A stretch of 64,000 nucleotides of DNA from an uncultured Acidobacteriota bacterium (GCA_964534795.1 CAZHQK010000128.1:70091-134090); one strand, 5' to 3'; counted from the first letter of the stretch, positions 32,215 through 42,407 are shown. The notes: generated by a model not told the origin, from the sequence alone. Numbers and translations are program-made.

Positions 32215-33282
32215 GTGAACGACAAGGCAGACGAAAACGACCGGCCCGGATTCCATTGTCCGGTGCCGCTCGACCGTTATCCCGGCGTGCTGCTGGCGCA
32301 CGGCGGCGGCGGAACACTGATGCACCGGCTCATCGAGGAGGTCTTCGTCAGCGCCTTCTCCAACCTGGGATTGGAGGCCCGCCATGACGGGGCTCGGCTG
32401 GATGTCGGTTCCGTCAGGCTCGCCTTCACCACGGACTCGTATGTCGTCAAGCCCCTCTTTTTCCCGGGAGGCGACATCGGCTCGCTCGCCGTGAACGGTA
32501 CGGTCAACGATCTCGCGATGTGCGGCGCCCGCCCCCTCTATCTGAGCGCGGGATTCATTCTCGAAGAAGGCCTGCCCATGGAAACGCTGCAGCGCATCGT
32601 GGGCTCCATGCGGCGGGCGGCGGAAGCCGCCGATGTCCGTCTCGTGACCGGAGACACCAAGGTGGTGGACCGCGGCAAGTGCGACGGGATGTTCATCAAT
32701 ACGGCGGGCATCGGGATCGTGGAGCATGCCCTGGACATCCGGCCGGCGTCGGTGCGGCCCGGCGACGCCGTCATCCTGAGCGGCGACATCGGGAGGCACG
32801 GCATGGCGGTGATGGCCGTACGCGAGGGGCTCGCCTTCGAGAGCACGATCGAGAGCGATTGCGCCGCGCTCGCCGGCCCGGTGCTCGCCCTCGTGCAGGC
32901 GGGAATCGAAATCCATTGCCTGCGCGACCCGACCCGCGGCGGGCTGGCGAGCGCCCTGGTGGAGATCGCCGAGGCGGCGGCTTGCGGCGTCCATCTGGAC
33001 GAGGACGCCATACCGGTCCGTGCCGACGTCCAGGCGGCATGCGAAATCCTGGGATTCGACCCCCTGTATGTGGCCAGCGAAGGACGCTTCGTCGCGTTCG
33101 TGGCGGCCGGCGACGCCGAGCGGGCGCTGGCGCTGCTGCGCGCTCACCCGCTCGGGCGCGATGCCTGCCGTATCGGCTCCGTCACGAGCGGCGGTCCCGG
33201 CCCGGTCGTCATGAAATGCCGGCTGGGCGGCAGCCGCATCGTCGACATGCTCAGCGGCGAGCAGCTGCCGCGCATCTGCTGA
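32215..33282 (+). CDS. hypE: hydrogenase maturation carbamoyl dehydratase HypE
   Basis: PurM-like fold with ...[13 protein letters not shown]..., and C-terminal ...QLPRIC (conserved C-terminal Cys of HypE). Confidence 0.9.
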   Translation: MNDKADENDRPGFHCPVPLDRYPGVLLAHGGGGTLMHRLIEEVFVSAFSNLGLEARHDGARLDVGSVRLAFTTDSYVVKPLFFPGGDIGSLAVNGTVNDLAMCGARPLYLSAGFILEEGLPMETLQRIVGSMRRAAEAADVRLVTGDTKVVDRGKCDGMFINTAGIGIVEHALDIRPASVRPGDAVILSGDIGRHGMAVMAVREGLAFESTIESDCAALAGPVLALVQAGIEIHCLRDPTRGGLASALVEIAEAAACGVHLDEDAIPVRADVQAACEILGFDPLYVASEGRFVAFVAAGDAERALALLRAHPLGRDACRIGSVTSGGPGPVVMKCRLGGSRIVDMLSGEQLPRIC

Positions 33283-33312
33283 GCCGAGCGCGCCCCGGCT
33301 TTTTTCGCGTTG
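33283..33312 (+). terminator. putative intrinsic terminator after hypE
   Basis: GC-rich segment GCCGAGCGCGCCCCGGC followed by TTTTTTCGCG immediately after the hypE stop. The stem is imperfect. Confidence 0.35.
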
Positions 33313-33360
33313 CTTTCCGTGCGCCGCGCAGGCTAAAATAACCTCGTTAAATGATTTTGG

Positions 33361-33370
33361 ACTATATAGT
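33361..33370. promoter_or_regulatory. perfect 10-bp palindrome ACTATATAGT in an AT-rich promoter region 19 bp upstream of the ArsR-family gene (candidate autoregulatory operator)
   Basis: ACTATATAGT is its own reverse complement. It sits in a locally AT-rich stretch (…TTAAATGATTTTGGACTATATAGTTATGG…) unlike the GC-rich surroundings. Confidence 0.4.
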
Positions 33371-33388
33371 TATGGATCGGTCGAGAAA

Positions 33389-33763
33389 ATGAGTCCGCGC
33401 AAGGACAGGATGCACTTATCCGACGAAGCGCTCGAAATGATCGCCGCCCGGTTCCGCTGCCTGGGGGAGCCGATCCGGCTGAAAATCCTGCGGGCGCTGG
33501 AGGAAGGCGAGGCCAATGTCGGCCAGCTCGTGCGCTTGCTGCATGCGAGCCAGGCGAATGTCAGCAAGCATCTGAAGGTCCTGGTCGAATCGGGGATCCT
33601 GGCGCGCCGGGCGCGCGGGACCTCGGCTTTCTATTCGATCGCCGATCCGGTGGCGCTCGAGCTTTGCCGGATCGTGTGCGAGGATCTCGCGCGCAAGCTC
33701 AAGGCCCAGGCGGTGGTTTTCGGGCTGACGGTGGCGGAAGAAGAGGCCGTGCGGCGCTCGTAG
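33389..33763 (+). CDS. ArsR/SmtB family metalloregulatory transcriptional repressor
   Basis: 124 aa. ...FRCLGEPIRLKILRALEEGEANVGQLVRLLHASQANVSKHLKVLVESGIL...: winged-HTH of the ArsR family. Confidence 0.8.
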   Translation: MSPRKDRMHLSDEALEMIAARFRCLGEPIRLKILRALEEGEANVGQLVRLLHASQANVSKHLKVLVESGILARRARGTSAFYSIADPVALELCRIVCEDLARKLKAQAVVFGLTVAEEEAVRRS

Positions 33764-34020
33764 GATGTGCCTGCGTCCGGCGGAGCGGGGTCCGCGGGCA
33801 TCGGCAGCGCGCAATCTTTCAGTTGCGCCTGCGGGCGCAAAGCCGTATATTTTTCGCCCCGGCCGGTTGCGGCAGCGACGGCATTCCCGCCCGCCATTCC
33901 GGGATTCCTCCCAGGCGGCCGTCGCATGTGCGGTGCGCATGCTATGATCTTTTTATTCTTATGTCGTCGACCTTCATAAGAACCAGGCAGTAACAACCCA
34001 AACCAAACAGGGAATCAACC

Positions 34021-35238
34021 ATGAATCTGAGTTTGATTGGAAGATCCATCAGTGAATCGGTGACCCTGAAGCTCAACGAGATGGCGGCCATCCTGCGGGC
34101 CAAGGGGGAACCGGTGATTCATCTCGGCGGGGGCGAGCCCAAGTCCAAGGCACCGCTCGACGCCATCGTGGCGGCGGCATCGCTGCTCAATTCGGGGGAG
34201 GTGCGCTACACTCCTGCGGACGGCATCCCCGAGCTGAAACAAGCCATCATCCGATATACCGAGGAGTTTTACGGGCGCAAGGTGGAACCGGAGAACGTGA
34301 TCGCCTCGGGCGGAGCCAAGCAGGCAATCATGGTCGCTCTGCAGGCCATCCTGAACCCGCAGGAGGAGGTGATTTTTCCCGCTCCCTACTGGGTGAGCTA
34401 CCCGGAAATGGCGAAGATGATCGGCGCCGTGCCGGTGCCGGTGCTTCCCGAGGACGGCACCTTCTACCCGCGGCTGCAGGACATCGAGCGCTACGTCACG
34501 TCCTACACCAAGGCCGTGATCATCAACAGCCCCAACAATCCCACGGGCGCCATGTACTCGGAGCAGTTCATCGCCGAGATCGTGGAGTTCTGCGAGAAGC
34601 GCGGGCTGTTTCTGATCATGGACGACATCTATCACCGCCTGGTCTTCGACGGCAGGCGGCCCATTAGCTGCTACAAGTTCGCCAAGGACCTGAGCGAAAA
34701 CTCCAAGCTCATCGTCATCAACGGCGCCTCGAAACAGTACGCCATGACCGGTTTCCGCATCGGCTGGGCGGTGGCGAGCAAGAAGATCATCGAGGTCATG
34801 ACCAACATCCAGTCGCACCAGACCTCGGGGCCTTCCGCCGTCACCCAGGTTGCGGCCGCCGCGGCCCTCAACGGCGTGCAGTCCAGCGTCGAGAGCCTCC
34901 GCGTGACCCTGGAGAACAACCGCAACGTCATGATCGAACGCCTGCGCGCCTTCGACGGCGTCCATGTGACCAAGCCCGACGGCACTTTCTATTGCTTCGC
35001 CGATTTCCGGGCCTACAACAAGGACTCCACGAAGCTGAGCAAGTTCCTGCTCGACAAGGTGCGCGTGGTCACTGTCCCCGGCGTCGAGTTCGGGCTCGAA
35101 GGCTACCTGCGCCTGTCGACCTGCGGCACCATCAAGGACATCACGGAAGGCATCGAGCGGATCAAATGGGCGCTCGATCCCAACTCACCCAATGAGATTT
35201 ACATCGGCGAACGCAAGCTAGTGAGGGATTGGCTATGA
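34021..35238 (+). CDS. pyridoxal-phosphate-dependent aminotransferase, class I (aspartate aminotransferase-like)
   Basis: 405 aa. ...SPNNPTGAMY... and ...SKQYAMTGFRIGW... (PLP-Lys region SKxxxMxGxRxG) are typical of AspAT family Ib. Confidence 0.85.
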   Translation: MNLSLIGRSISESVTLKLNEMAAILRAKGEPVIHLGGGEPKSKAPLDAIVAAASLLNSGEVRYTPADGIPELKQAIIRYTEEFYGRKVEPENVIASGGAKQAIMVALQAILNPQEEVIFPAPYWVSYPEMAKMIGAVPVPVLPEDGTFYPRLQDIERYVTSYTKAVIINSPNNPTGAMYSEQFIAEIVEFCEKRGLFLIMDDIYHRLVFDGRRPISCYKFAKDLSENSKLIVINGASKQYAMTGFRIGWAVASKKIIEVMTNIQSHQTSGPSAVTQVAAAAALNGVQSSVESLRVTLENNRNVMIERLRAFDGVHVTKPDGTFYCFADFRAYNKDSTKLSKFLLDKVRVVTVPGVEFGLEGYLRLSTCGTIKDITEGIERIKWALDPNSPNEIYIGERKLVRDWL

Positions 35239-36884
35239 CTAAATACCTGGAATTCGACACGCCTGCAACCAAGCACGCCGGGGAACTGGCCAGCGATTTC
35301 AAACTGAAGAACCACGGGCTGCTTTACCTGGACCGGGTGTTCTGGAACCTCCCGGTTTCGGCCCTGTACGAAGAGGCCGTCTTCCGCGGCGAGGGCCACA
35401 TGGTCGAGGGCGGGCCGCTGCTGGTGCATACCGGCAAGTGGACGGCGCGCGCCGCCAACGACAAGTACATCGTGCGCGAGCCCTCCACCGAGGAAAAGAT
35501 CTGGTGGGGCGTCTACAACCGGCCCATGGCCGCCGAGAAGTTCAGCGGGCTGCTCGCGCGCCTGCAGGCCTTCCTGCAGGGCGAGGAGCTGTTCGTCCAG
35601 GATTGCTACGTGGGCGCGGATCCCGAATACCGCATGCCCATCCGCATCATCACCGACAGCGCCTGGCAGAGTCTCTTCGCGCGCAACATGTTCATCAGCC
35701 CGCGCTCGCGCGACGAGTACAAGCGCCACATACCGGAATTCACCATCATCGCCGCTCCCTCATTCAAGCTGGATCCCACGGTCGACGGCACGCGCACCGA
35801 AACCGCCATCGTCATCCATTTCGCGCAGCGCCTGGCGATCATCGCCAACACCAGCTACGGCGGCGAGATCAAGAAATCCGTCTTCACCATCATGAACTTC
35901 CTGCTGCCGCTGCAGAACGTCATGGCCATGCACTGCTCGGCCAACGTGGGGGCACGGGACGACGTGGCCCTGTTCTTCGGCCTGAGCGGCACGGGCAAGA
36001 CCACGCTGTCGGCCGATCCCAGGCGCAAGCTGATCGGCGACGACGAGCACGGCTGGGGCGACGACAGCGTCTTCAATTTCGAAGCGGGATGCTACGCCAA
36101 GGTGATCCGCCTCTCGGCCGAGCACGAGCCTGAAATCTATGCCTGCACCCGCCGCTACGGCACCATCCTGGAAAACGTCGTCTGGGACCCTCCGACCCGG
36201 CACATCGACCTCGACGACGACCGCATCACGGAAAATACCCGGGCCTCCTACCCCCTGGAATACATCCCCAACGCCCTGCCCGAGAAAATGGCGCGCTCGC
36301 ATCCCAAAAACGTCATTTTCCTGACGTGCGACGCCTCGGGCGTGATGCCGCCCATCGCCCGGCTCGACCTGAACCAGGCGATGTACCACTTCATCAGCGG
36401 CTATACCTCGAAGATCGCCGGAACCGAGATCGGCCTGGGGATCGAGCCCGAGATCACCTTCAGTGCCTGCTTCGGCGCTCCCTTCATGGTCCACCATCCC
36501 TTCTACTACGCCAACCTGCTGCGGCAGAAGATGGAAAAGCACGGCACCAAGTGCTGGCTGGTGAACACCGGCTGGGTGGGCGGCAAGTTCGGCGTGGGCA
36601 AGCGCATCAGCATCCGCCACACGCGCAACATGCTCAATGCCGCCCTGGAGGGAAAACTCGACGCGGTCGAGTACCGCAAGGACAGGATTTTCGGTTTCGA
36701 TGTTCCCCTGACCTGCCCCGATGTCCCGGACGATGTCCTCGATCCGTCGGCCGCCTGGGGGAACAAGGACGAATACTGGATGAAGTACGACGCCTTGGCG
36801 GCGCGCTACATCGAGAATTTCAAGCTCTTCGCCGCCGGCTGCCCGCCGGAGGTCGTCCAGGCGGGCCCGAAGCGCCTGCGCTAG
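35235..36884 (+). CDS. pckA: phosphoenolpyruvate carboxykinase (ATP)
   Basis: GLSGTGKTTLS kinase-1a motif, ...IGDDEHGW..., overall collinearity with PckA, about 549 aa. ATGA overlap with the aminotransferase stop. Confidence 0.9.
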   Translation: MTKYLEFDTPATKHAGELASDFKLKNHGLLYLDRVFWNLPVSALYEEAVFRGEGHMVEGGPLLVHTGKWTARAANDKYIVREPSTEEKIWWGVYNRPMAAEKFSGLLARLQAFLQGEELFVQDCYVGADPEYRMPIRIITDSAWQSLFARNMFISPRSRDEYKRHIPEFTIIAAPSFKLDPTVDGTRTETAIVIHFAQRLAIIANTSYGGEIKKSVFTIMNFLLPLQNVMAMHCSANVGARDDVALFFGLSGTGKTTLSADPRRKLIGDDEHGWGDDSVFNFEAGCYAKVIRLSAEHEPEIYACTRRYGTILENVVWDPPTRHIDLDDDRITENTRASYPLEYIPNALPEKMARSHPKNVIFLTCDASGVMPPIARLDLNQAMYHFISGYTSKIAGTEIGLGIEPEITFSACFGAPFMVHHPFYYANLLRQKMEKHGTKCWLVNTGWVGGKFGVGKRISIRHTRNMLNAALEGKLDAVEYRKDRIFGFDVPLTCPDVPDDVLDPSAAWGNKDEYWMKYDALAARYIENFKLFAAGCPPEVVQAGPKRLR

Positions 36885-37974
36885 AATTTCGTTGCCTTAT
36901 TTCGGTGACATATCGACGCTTCAGGTCCGATCCCGCTTCGATCAGATAACGGGCGACGTCGTCATGTCCGTTCATGAGGGCATAAACGACGGGAGGAAAC
37001 TCGTCTTCAGGGGCATCCAGCACGGCGCCCTTCGAAACGAGCAGCTTCACCATCTCGAGGTCCCCGGCCGTGGCGGCCACCCGGAGCGGAGTCATGTACA
37101 TCTTGCTCTTGATCTTCACATCGGCGCCGGCTTCGACGAGCATGCGCGCCAATTCCGCCTGCTTCCCCTCCAATGCCAACAGCAGGGGATTCTGGTTATA
37201 CTTGTTGACTTTGTTGATCCCCTTCCTCTCGAGGACCAGTCGACGAGCCGCCTCGTAATCGTTCTGTTCAATTGCCTTTAGCAACGCCCAACCCGTTCCG
37301 ATGCGGATTTCCCCGACCGCAGCCATCATCCTGGCGAGCAGCGACACGGCCACGACCGCGATCATGAAACCGGCCCATATTTTTATGATCGACAGCACGC
37401 CATAGGTACCGATCAATGGTTCGGTCAGGCGCGGATGGATCTCTTCCTTCCACAAGCGCTCTGCCGCGGCCGCTGCTTCGGATTCCGTGGAGGCCGGGGG
37501 CGCTTCCAGCAGAGGTGTCGCTGCGCTCCGAATGAACCAGGGGACCACGATAAAGCCCAGGCCGATGATCAGGATCGACAAATCCCTTGCATAGAGGGAA
37601 TAGAATCCTGCCAGGCGGGCACCATGGACAGGATGGATTATGATGTCGACCTTTTGTCCCCGCTTGTAATACTCGAACGGGTGGGCTTTGGATTCACAGA
37701 CGCGATGCAACGACCCGCCCTTGGTCCGATACTCGAAACAAGGATAACTCATTACGGCGTGGGACCTTGCATGCTCCTGTCCCCCGAAATGGGACGGAGT
37801 CGAGCTCGTCGTCTCCACCTCCTCCCTGCGGTAGCCGACAAAGGTCGCCGTGGCACGCTCCGCGGAGCCGCGGACGACGTTCATGGTCTGCAGGATTTGG
37901 TAAAGACCGTATATGCTGAAGGCTGCGCCGACGAGCATGAAGGCGCCGAGTATTATCTTCAGCACATGAGCCAT
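36820..37974 (-). CDS. membrane protein with N-terminal DUF3592-like domain and C-terminal ankyrin repeats
   Basis: Two TM helices flank a roughly 110-aa beta-rich segment (DUF3592-like), then a third TM helix. At least three ankyrin repeats follow (NPLLLALEGKQAELARMLVEAGADV, MTPLRVAATAGDLEMVKLLVSKGA, PPVVYALMNGHDDVARYLIEAGSD). The 3' end overlaps the convergent pckA by about 65 nt. GC content is visibly lower than the flanks. Confidence 0.6.
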   Translation of the reverse strand: MAHVLKIILGAFMLVGAAFSIYGLYQILQTMNVVRGSAERATATFVGYRREEVETTSSTPSHFGGQEHARSHAVMSYPCFEYRTKGGSLHRVCESKAHPFEYYKRGQKVDIIIHPVHGARLAGFYSLYARDLSILIIGLGFIVVPWFIRSAATPLLEAPPASTESEAAAAAERLWKEEIHPRLTEPLIGTYGVLSIIKIWAGFMIAVVAVSLLARMMAAVGEIRIGTGWALLKAIEQNDYEAARRLVLERKGINKVNKYNQNPLLLALEGKQAELARMLVEAGADVKIKSKMYMTPLRVAATAGDLEMVKLLVSKGAVLDAPEDEFPPVVYALMNGHDDVARYLIEAGSDLKRRYVTEIRQRNSSAGASGPPGRPPAGSRRRRA

Positions 37975-38002
37975 GGTACCGACCGCCGCCCCCTGCCGGC
38001 AG

Positions 38003-38344
38003 CTATTTGATATCCCGGACCTTGACTTCTACGGCGCTGATGTCCTCGAGGCGAGCCAAGGCATCGTAGAAGTCCCTTCCCGCCAGTTTTTCGAGGTGAA
38101 CGTAATGCGTCCCGAGCGATTTGACGTAGCCCTGCAAGGTCTTCCCCGAACGGAGATGCACGTGCACATCTTTGCCGAGGAGGGACGCCAGATTGTCGTT
38201 CAGCGACGCGTGGGCGTCGAAGCGGGCGGCTTCCTGGGCCCGCGCCGCTTCTGCGCCCGGCCGCGCCTGGATGCTCGCAAACACAAAGTATAAGAGGCCG
38301 ATCGCAGGTCCCAGCCTGACAACCTTCCTCAGTGCGCCTTTCAT
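38003..38344 (-). CDS. hypothetical small secreted protein
   Basis: 113 aa. N-terminal signal peptide (LGPAIGLLYFVFASIQA). No recognisable motif. Confidence 0.45.
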   Translation of the reverse strand: MKGALRKVVRLGPAIGLLYFVFASIQARPGAEAARAQEAARFDAHASLNDNLASLLGKDVHVHLRSGKTLQGYVKSLGTHYVHLEKLAGRDFYDALARLEDISAVEVKVRDIK

Positions 38345-38392
38345 GATATCCCCCCTTCGACCGACGCTGGATTCGGACGGCGATTATGACCG

Positions 38393-39037
38393 TTACGAAC
38401 CGTGGGCGTCGTGCAAGAGCTGCCGGACTTCGTCATTGATTTCTCCCGTGGGGCGCATGCCGTGGTCGCGCTGGAATCTCTTGAGCGCCCGCTCCAGACC
38501 TGAATCCCCATCGCCGTTTGCCCCGTCTCCCGTGAGGTATCCCATGTTCATGAGCCGTGCGCGGATCCCGCTCATCTCGTCTTTCGGATCCAGGTGCCCG
38601 ACGGCCAGCGGGTATTCCTCTTCTTCCCGGCCGTCGGCCGGGCGGATGATCAGCCGCCCCTGCCTCGCATCCGGGGGCAGGCCGTGTTCGAGCCTTCCTT
38701 CGCCATCCGTCCTTCCGTGCAGGAGTCTGCCGTCGATTTCGAGCGTGTAGGGGACATCGGAGCGGGGTTCGTTGTTTTCATTCAGGAGGCGCAGGCGCAG
38801 TTTTTCGGGCACTCCCTTGCGCCGGAACCGATGCCGCTGCTCGGTCGCGGCCGTGACTTCCTTCGCCTGCTTGTCGGGAATGAACAGCACGTCGCCCGGT
38901 CTCAGGACATTGGGATGGTGCCGGCTTCTCCTCAATTCCGCATTGCGGGGATCGTTCCAGACGGTCCGCCAGTGGAAGCCGTGCGCATAGGCCACGCTTG
39001 CCGTGGAATCGCCCTGTTGGATGATGTATTCCGGCAT
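38393..39037 (-). CDS. LysM domain plus C-terminal peptidoglycan-binding (PG_binding_1-like) domain protein, no signal peptide
   Basis: Start at MPEYIIQQGDSTASVAYAHGF...VLRPGDVLFIP (LysM consensus) with GAGGAGGA RBS. C-terminus GIRARLMNMGYLTGDGANGDGDSGLERALKRFQRDHGMRPTGEINDEVRQLL resembles the PG-binding domain. Confidence 0.6.
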   Translation of the reverse strand: MPEYIIQQGDSTASVAYAHGFHWRTVWNDPRNAELRRSRHHPNVLRPGDVLFIPDKQAKEVTAATEQRHRFRRKGVPEKLRLRLLNENNEPRSDVPYTLEIDGRLLHGRTDGEGRLEHGLPPDARQGRLIIRPADGREEEEYPLAVGHLDPKDEMSGIRARLMNMGYLTGDGANGDGDSGLERALKRFQRDHGMRPTGEINDEVRQLLHDAHGS

Positions 39038-39146
39038 TGCATTCCTCCTCGCGCCCTCGTCCCGCCGTCTGCAGGACGACATCTCGAGCCTGGTTTCGAT
39101 GCTCCCTGTGCACGCCCCGTCGGGCTGCGGATCGGGCCGGCGCAGC

Positions 39147-40670
39147 TCAGGATCTCCGCCCGCAGGGCGCGTTCTCTTCCTCTTCGAACTCCGCCGGATT
39201 CTCGGGCATGTCCACTTCGAACCCCCGTCTGCCCAGGGCGTAGACCCGGTTTTCATCCAGCAGGCGGGCATAGCAGTTCCGCCGATCGCCGCCGTCGTTG
39301 TTTTGCGCACGCCGATTCCTCCCTCGCCGGATCAACCCGGCGGCGAATTCCAGCGCACTACCCGGGCTCCCCACATGCTGCGCGGCGGCAGCCAGTTCTT
39401 CGACGACTTCCCGGCCGTGGCGTAACATGTCCTCGCGGCTGATCGTCTTTCGGATCGTCCAGAGGCTGAATCTCGCCGCCTTCTTCAGGTTGTCCGCATA
39501 CTCCTGGGGGCTGGCGACTTCCCTGACGAATTCCTCGACGTGATCGAACACGAGCGCGTCATTGACCGTGACGTTGCGGCACGTGAACTCCCACATCGAG
39601 CGCACCGACTGGGCATAGCATATGATCGAGACCCAGCGCCGGACGATGGCCTGGACCAACACGTCCGTTTCGATGCGGGGCAGCGGATCGCTGAGCGCCC
39701 GGGTGCGAGAGATGCTCATCTCTCCCGTGCTTCCCACGATGAATGTGCGCTTGGCGCCCTGGATTCCGCCGCGTTCAATCATGAAGGCGCTGATGCGCTG
39801 CAGGTGGCCGGAGCTCTGATCGTCCAGGGCTCGATTGGTCCGGCGGCCGAAGCCGGAATTCATGTGATCCCACACGTAGGGGACGACGTGGAAGTGGCCC
39901 AGGTCCAATTCGGCACACTGCTCTCCCGCACGACACCAGCTCTCTTCGGGCAGTCGTTCGTTGAAGGAGTCGTCGTAATGCAGGCGGCGCCCCCCCACGT
40001 TGATCTCTATCCAGTTGCCGTCATCGACGATCCGGTCGCGGGGCGGAGGCTGGGCATACCGCTCCCTGATCCGGCGCCAGGTCGCGGGCGAGTTCGCGTA
40101 TCTTGTGGAGTACCCCGCGCGCTCCTGCTCATCGAGAGCGTCGCGCAATGCTTCGCCGCCGTACCAGTATGCTTCCGATCCGCCGTCGAGATCGATCGAT
40201 CCCCGAGGCATATAAAGAAAATAGGTCAGGAGATAAACAATCGTGTCGTAATCACAAACGATCCTGGGGAGATCTTCGACTGCAACGGGCGGTCCTGCCA
40301 GCAGGTACTGGCGGCCGCGGTGGTCGGTATAGTTTTCCCCCTCCGCCGCCATCAGCTCCAGAAGGAGAATCGCGTCGTCGGCGTGGTCGAAGTGGGTATG
40401 GGAGAGGAGGATGGCCGTGATCGTGTAGCCGTCGGCCGCTGCGTTGCGCAGAAAGGACGCCAGGTTCGCGATTCTGGCTTTGGCTTCGGTGCTCGCGTTG
40501 GTCAGCTCCCGACGATCGGCAGTCGGCACCAGTTCGGTCCAGCGCGTGCAATACGTCGGCCAGGGGTCGACGAGCAGGATCTCCTGGTCGCAATGGTTGA
40601 CGATGACCAGGCCGGTGACACCGAGAAACATCATATGCTGATAACACCCGTTCCGCAAGCTGGGGAGCAT
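39147..40670 (-). CDS. metallo-beta-lactamase-fold hydrolase with roughly 200-aa uncharacterised C-terminal extension
   Basis: HTHFDHADD (HxHxDH motif 2) plus downstream His and Asp residues. N-terminus MMFLGVTG... The start is uncertain among several candidate Met codons (40634/40670/40826). Confidence 0.55.
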   Translation of the reverse strand: MLPSLRNGCYQHMMFLGVTGLVIVNHCDQEILLVDPWPTYCTRWTELVPTADRRELTNASTEAKARIANLASFLRNAAADGYTITAILLSHTHFDHADDAILLLELMAAEGENYTDHRGRQYLLAGPPVAVEDLPRIVCDYDTIVYLLTYFLYMPRGSIDLDGGSEAYWYGGEALRDALDEQERAGYSTRYANSPATWRRIRERYAQPPPRDRIVDDGNWIEINVGGRRLHYDDSFNERLPEESWCRAGEQCAELDLGHFHVVPYVWDHMNSGFGRRTNRALDDQSSGHLQRISAFMIERGGIQGAKRTFIVGSTGEMSISRTRALSDPLPRIETDVLVQAIVRRWVSIICYAQSVRSMWEFTCRNVTVNDALVFDHVEEFVREVASPQEYADNLKKAARFSLWTIRKTISREDMLRHGREVVEELAAAAQHVGSPGSALEFAAGLIRRGRNRRAQNNDGGDRRNCYARLLDENRVYALGRRGFEVDMPENPAEFEEEENAPCGRRS

Positions 40671-41078
40671 CCGGCTCGTGTCCGGCGTGAACCTCTGTCC
40701 CCGGAGAATGCCGCGGGGCAATTCCCCGCGCCGATCCTGAGCCGGGCAAGGCGCAGGACGCAGGGTATTGGCTCGTGTTCCGATAGAAACGTGGGCGCCC
40801 ATACTGCACCCCCGGTCTCCTGGCAAAACGGAGCCGCACGGGGCCGGAACGTTCCGGCAGCCTTGCCGCTCCCGTGGAACAGTCGTTCAATCGGTATACG
40901 CGCGGGCAGGGCTTGCGGAATAAAAGAGAGGGAGATTGATGCCGCTCCTGTATACCGATTGGTAGACAGAGAACTCCGAGGCATGCATGGGATCGGCATG
41001 GCAGGGAGCAGGGGCGGCGGACGATCGCGCACGGCGCCGGCCGCCGCGGGAGATGCGGACCCTGTCGATCCCGCGGCA

Positions 41079-42407
41079 TCAACGCCCGCGGCGCGCGCGC
41101 CAGATGAAATATGCGGGCACACCCAGCAGAATGATGCCGAGAGCGAGCCCGGTGCGCACCGGTTCCTCCGCCAGCTGGGACACGAGCGTGTTGGCCACGA
41201 GCACCCCGGCTGCGGCCGTGAACAGCAGCGGCGTCCACGGGTACCAGGGCACCCGGTAGGGAAGGCTCTCGACCGCCGTCCGCCGGCGATAAACGAAGAT
41301 GCTGGCCGCGCCCAGGCCGTAGAAAAACCAGCCGCAAAAAACCACGTAAGTCAGCAACTGCTGGAAGGTTCCCGTCAGTGCCAGCAGTGCGGCCCACAGC
41401 GAACCTGCGACGACGGCGAAGGCGGGCGTTCCGAAGCGCGGATGCACCTCCCCCAGGCGCCGGAAGAAGAGCCCGTCGCGCGCCATGGCGTAATAGACCC
41501 GGGAAGCCGTGAGCGTGATGGCATTGCCGGCGCTGAAAATGGAAACCGCGATCCCCAGCGCGAGCAGCCGGGCGGCCGCCGGACTGCCGATGCGCTCCAT
41601 GGCGTCGGCGGCGACGCTGGCGGAACGTATCACGCCGTGCGCGCCCAAGGCCTTGAGGTAGGCGAGGTTGGCGAGCATGTAGAGCCCCACCACCGCCAGC
41701 GTCCCGACCAGAAAGGCCCTGGGGTAATTCCTCCCGGCATCGACGATCTCGCCGGCGCTGTATGTGGCATACTGCCAGCCTTCGTAGGCCCAGAGCACCG
41801 CGATCATCGCCAGGGCGGCGCCCGACCATGCGGAAAAGCCGAAGCGTTCCGGCCACAGATCGCCGGTGCCGGCGGTGAAGTCGCGCCCGAACCAGAGCAG
41901 TGCGGCGCTCATGACCAGAACCACGCCCGCCTTCAGGGCGGTGGCCACGTTCTGCACGTCGGCGCTCTGGCGCGTGCCGCGCACGTTGACGGCCGCCACC
42001 ACGAACACCATGGCGAGCGCGATCAGCCTGTGCCACAGCGGCGTCATGGGGAGCACGGCCCCCAGATTGTCGCTGAAGGCCACCGCCAGCGTGGCGACGG
42101 CGCCGTTGCCGATGGCGAAAAAGAGCGACCAGCCGAAAAGGAAGGCAGGCAGCGTCCCGAAGCACTCGCGGATGTACACGTACAACCCGCCGGCCTCGGG
42201 GTTCATGGCGCTCAATTCGCCGTAAGTGAGGGCTCCCAGGAGCGAAAGCACGCCTCCCGCCACCCAGACGAGCAGGGCCACGCCCACGCTGCCGCCCACC
42301 TGGCTCAGCACGGTCCCCGGCACGAGAAAAATGCCCGATCCGATGATCGCCGCCACGATCAGCAGGACCAGATCCCACAATCTGAGAACGCGCGCCAGCG
42401 GGCTCAT
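41079..42407 (-). CDS. amino acid permease (APC superfamily)
   Basis: 443 aa, 12 predicted TM helices. N-terminal ...IIGSGIFLVPG... is the APC signature. Strong AAGGAGAGGAGG RBS before ATG at 42407. Upstream codons of the track ORF are read-through. Confidence 0.8.
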   Translation of the reverse strand: MSPLARVLRLWDLVLLIVAAIIGSGIFLVPGTVLSQVGGSVGVALLVWVAGGVLSLLGALTYGELSAMNPEAGGLYVYIRECFGTLPAFLFGWSLFFAIGNGAVATLAVAFSDNLGAVLPMTPLWHRLIALAMVFVVAAVNVRGTRQSADVQNVATALKAGVVLVMSAALLWFGRDFTAGTGDLWPERFGFSAWSGAALAMIAVLWAYEGWQYATYSAGEIVDAGRNYPRAFLVGTLAVVGLYMLANLAYLKALGAHGVIRSASVAADAMERIGSPAAARLLALGIAVSIFSAGNAITLTASRVYYAMARDGLFFRRLGEVHPRFGTPAFAVVAGSLWAALLALTGTFQQLLTYVVFCGWFFYGLGAASIFVYRRRTAVESLPYRVPWYPWTPLLFTAAAGVLVANTLVSQLAEEPVRTGLALGIILLGVPAYFIWRARRGR

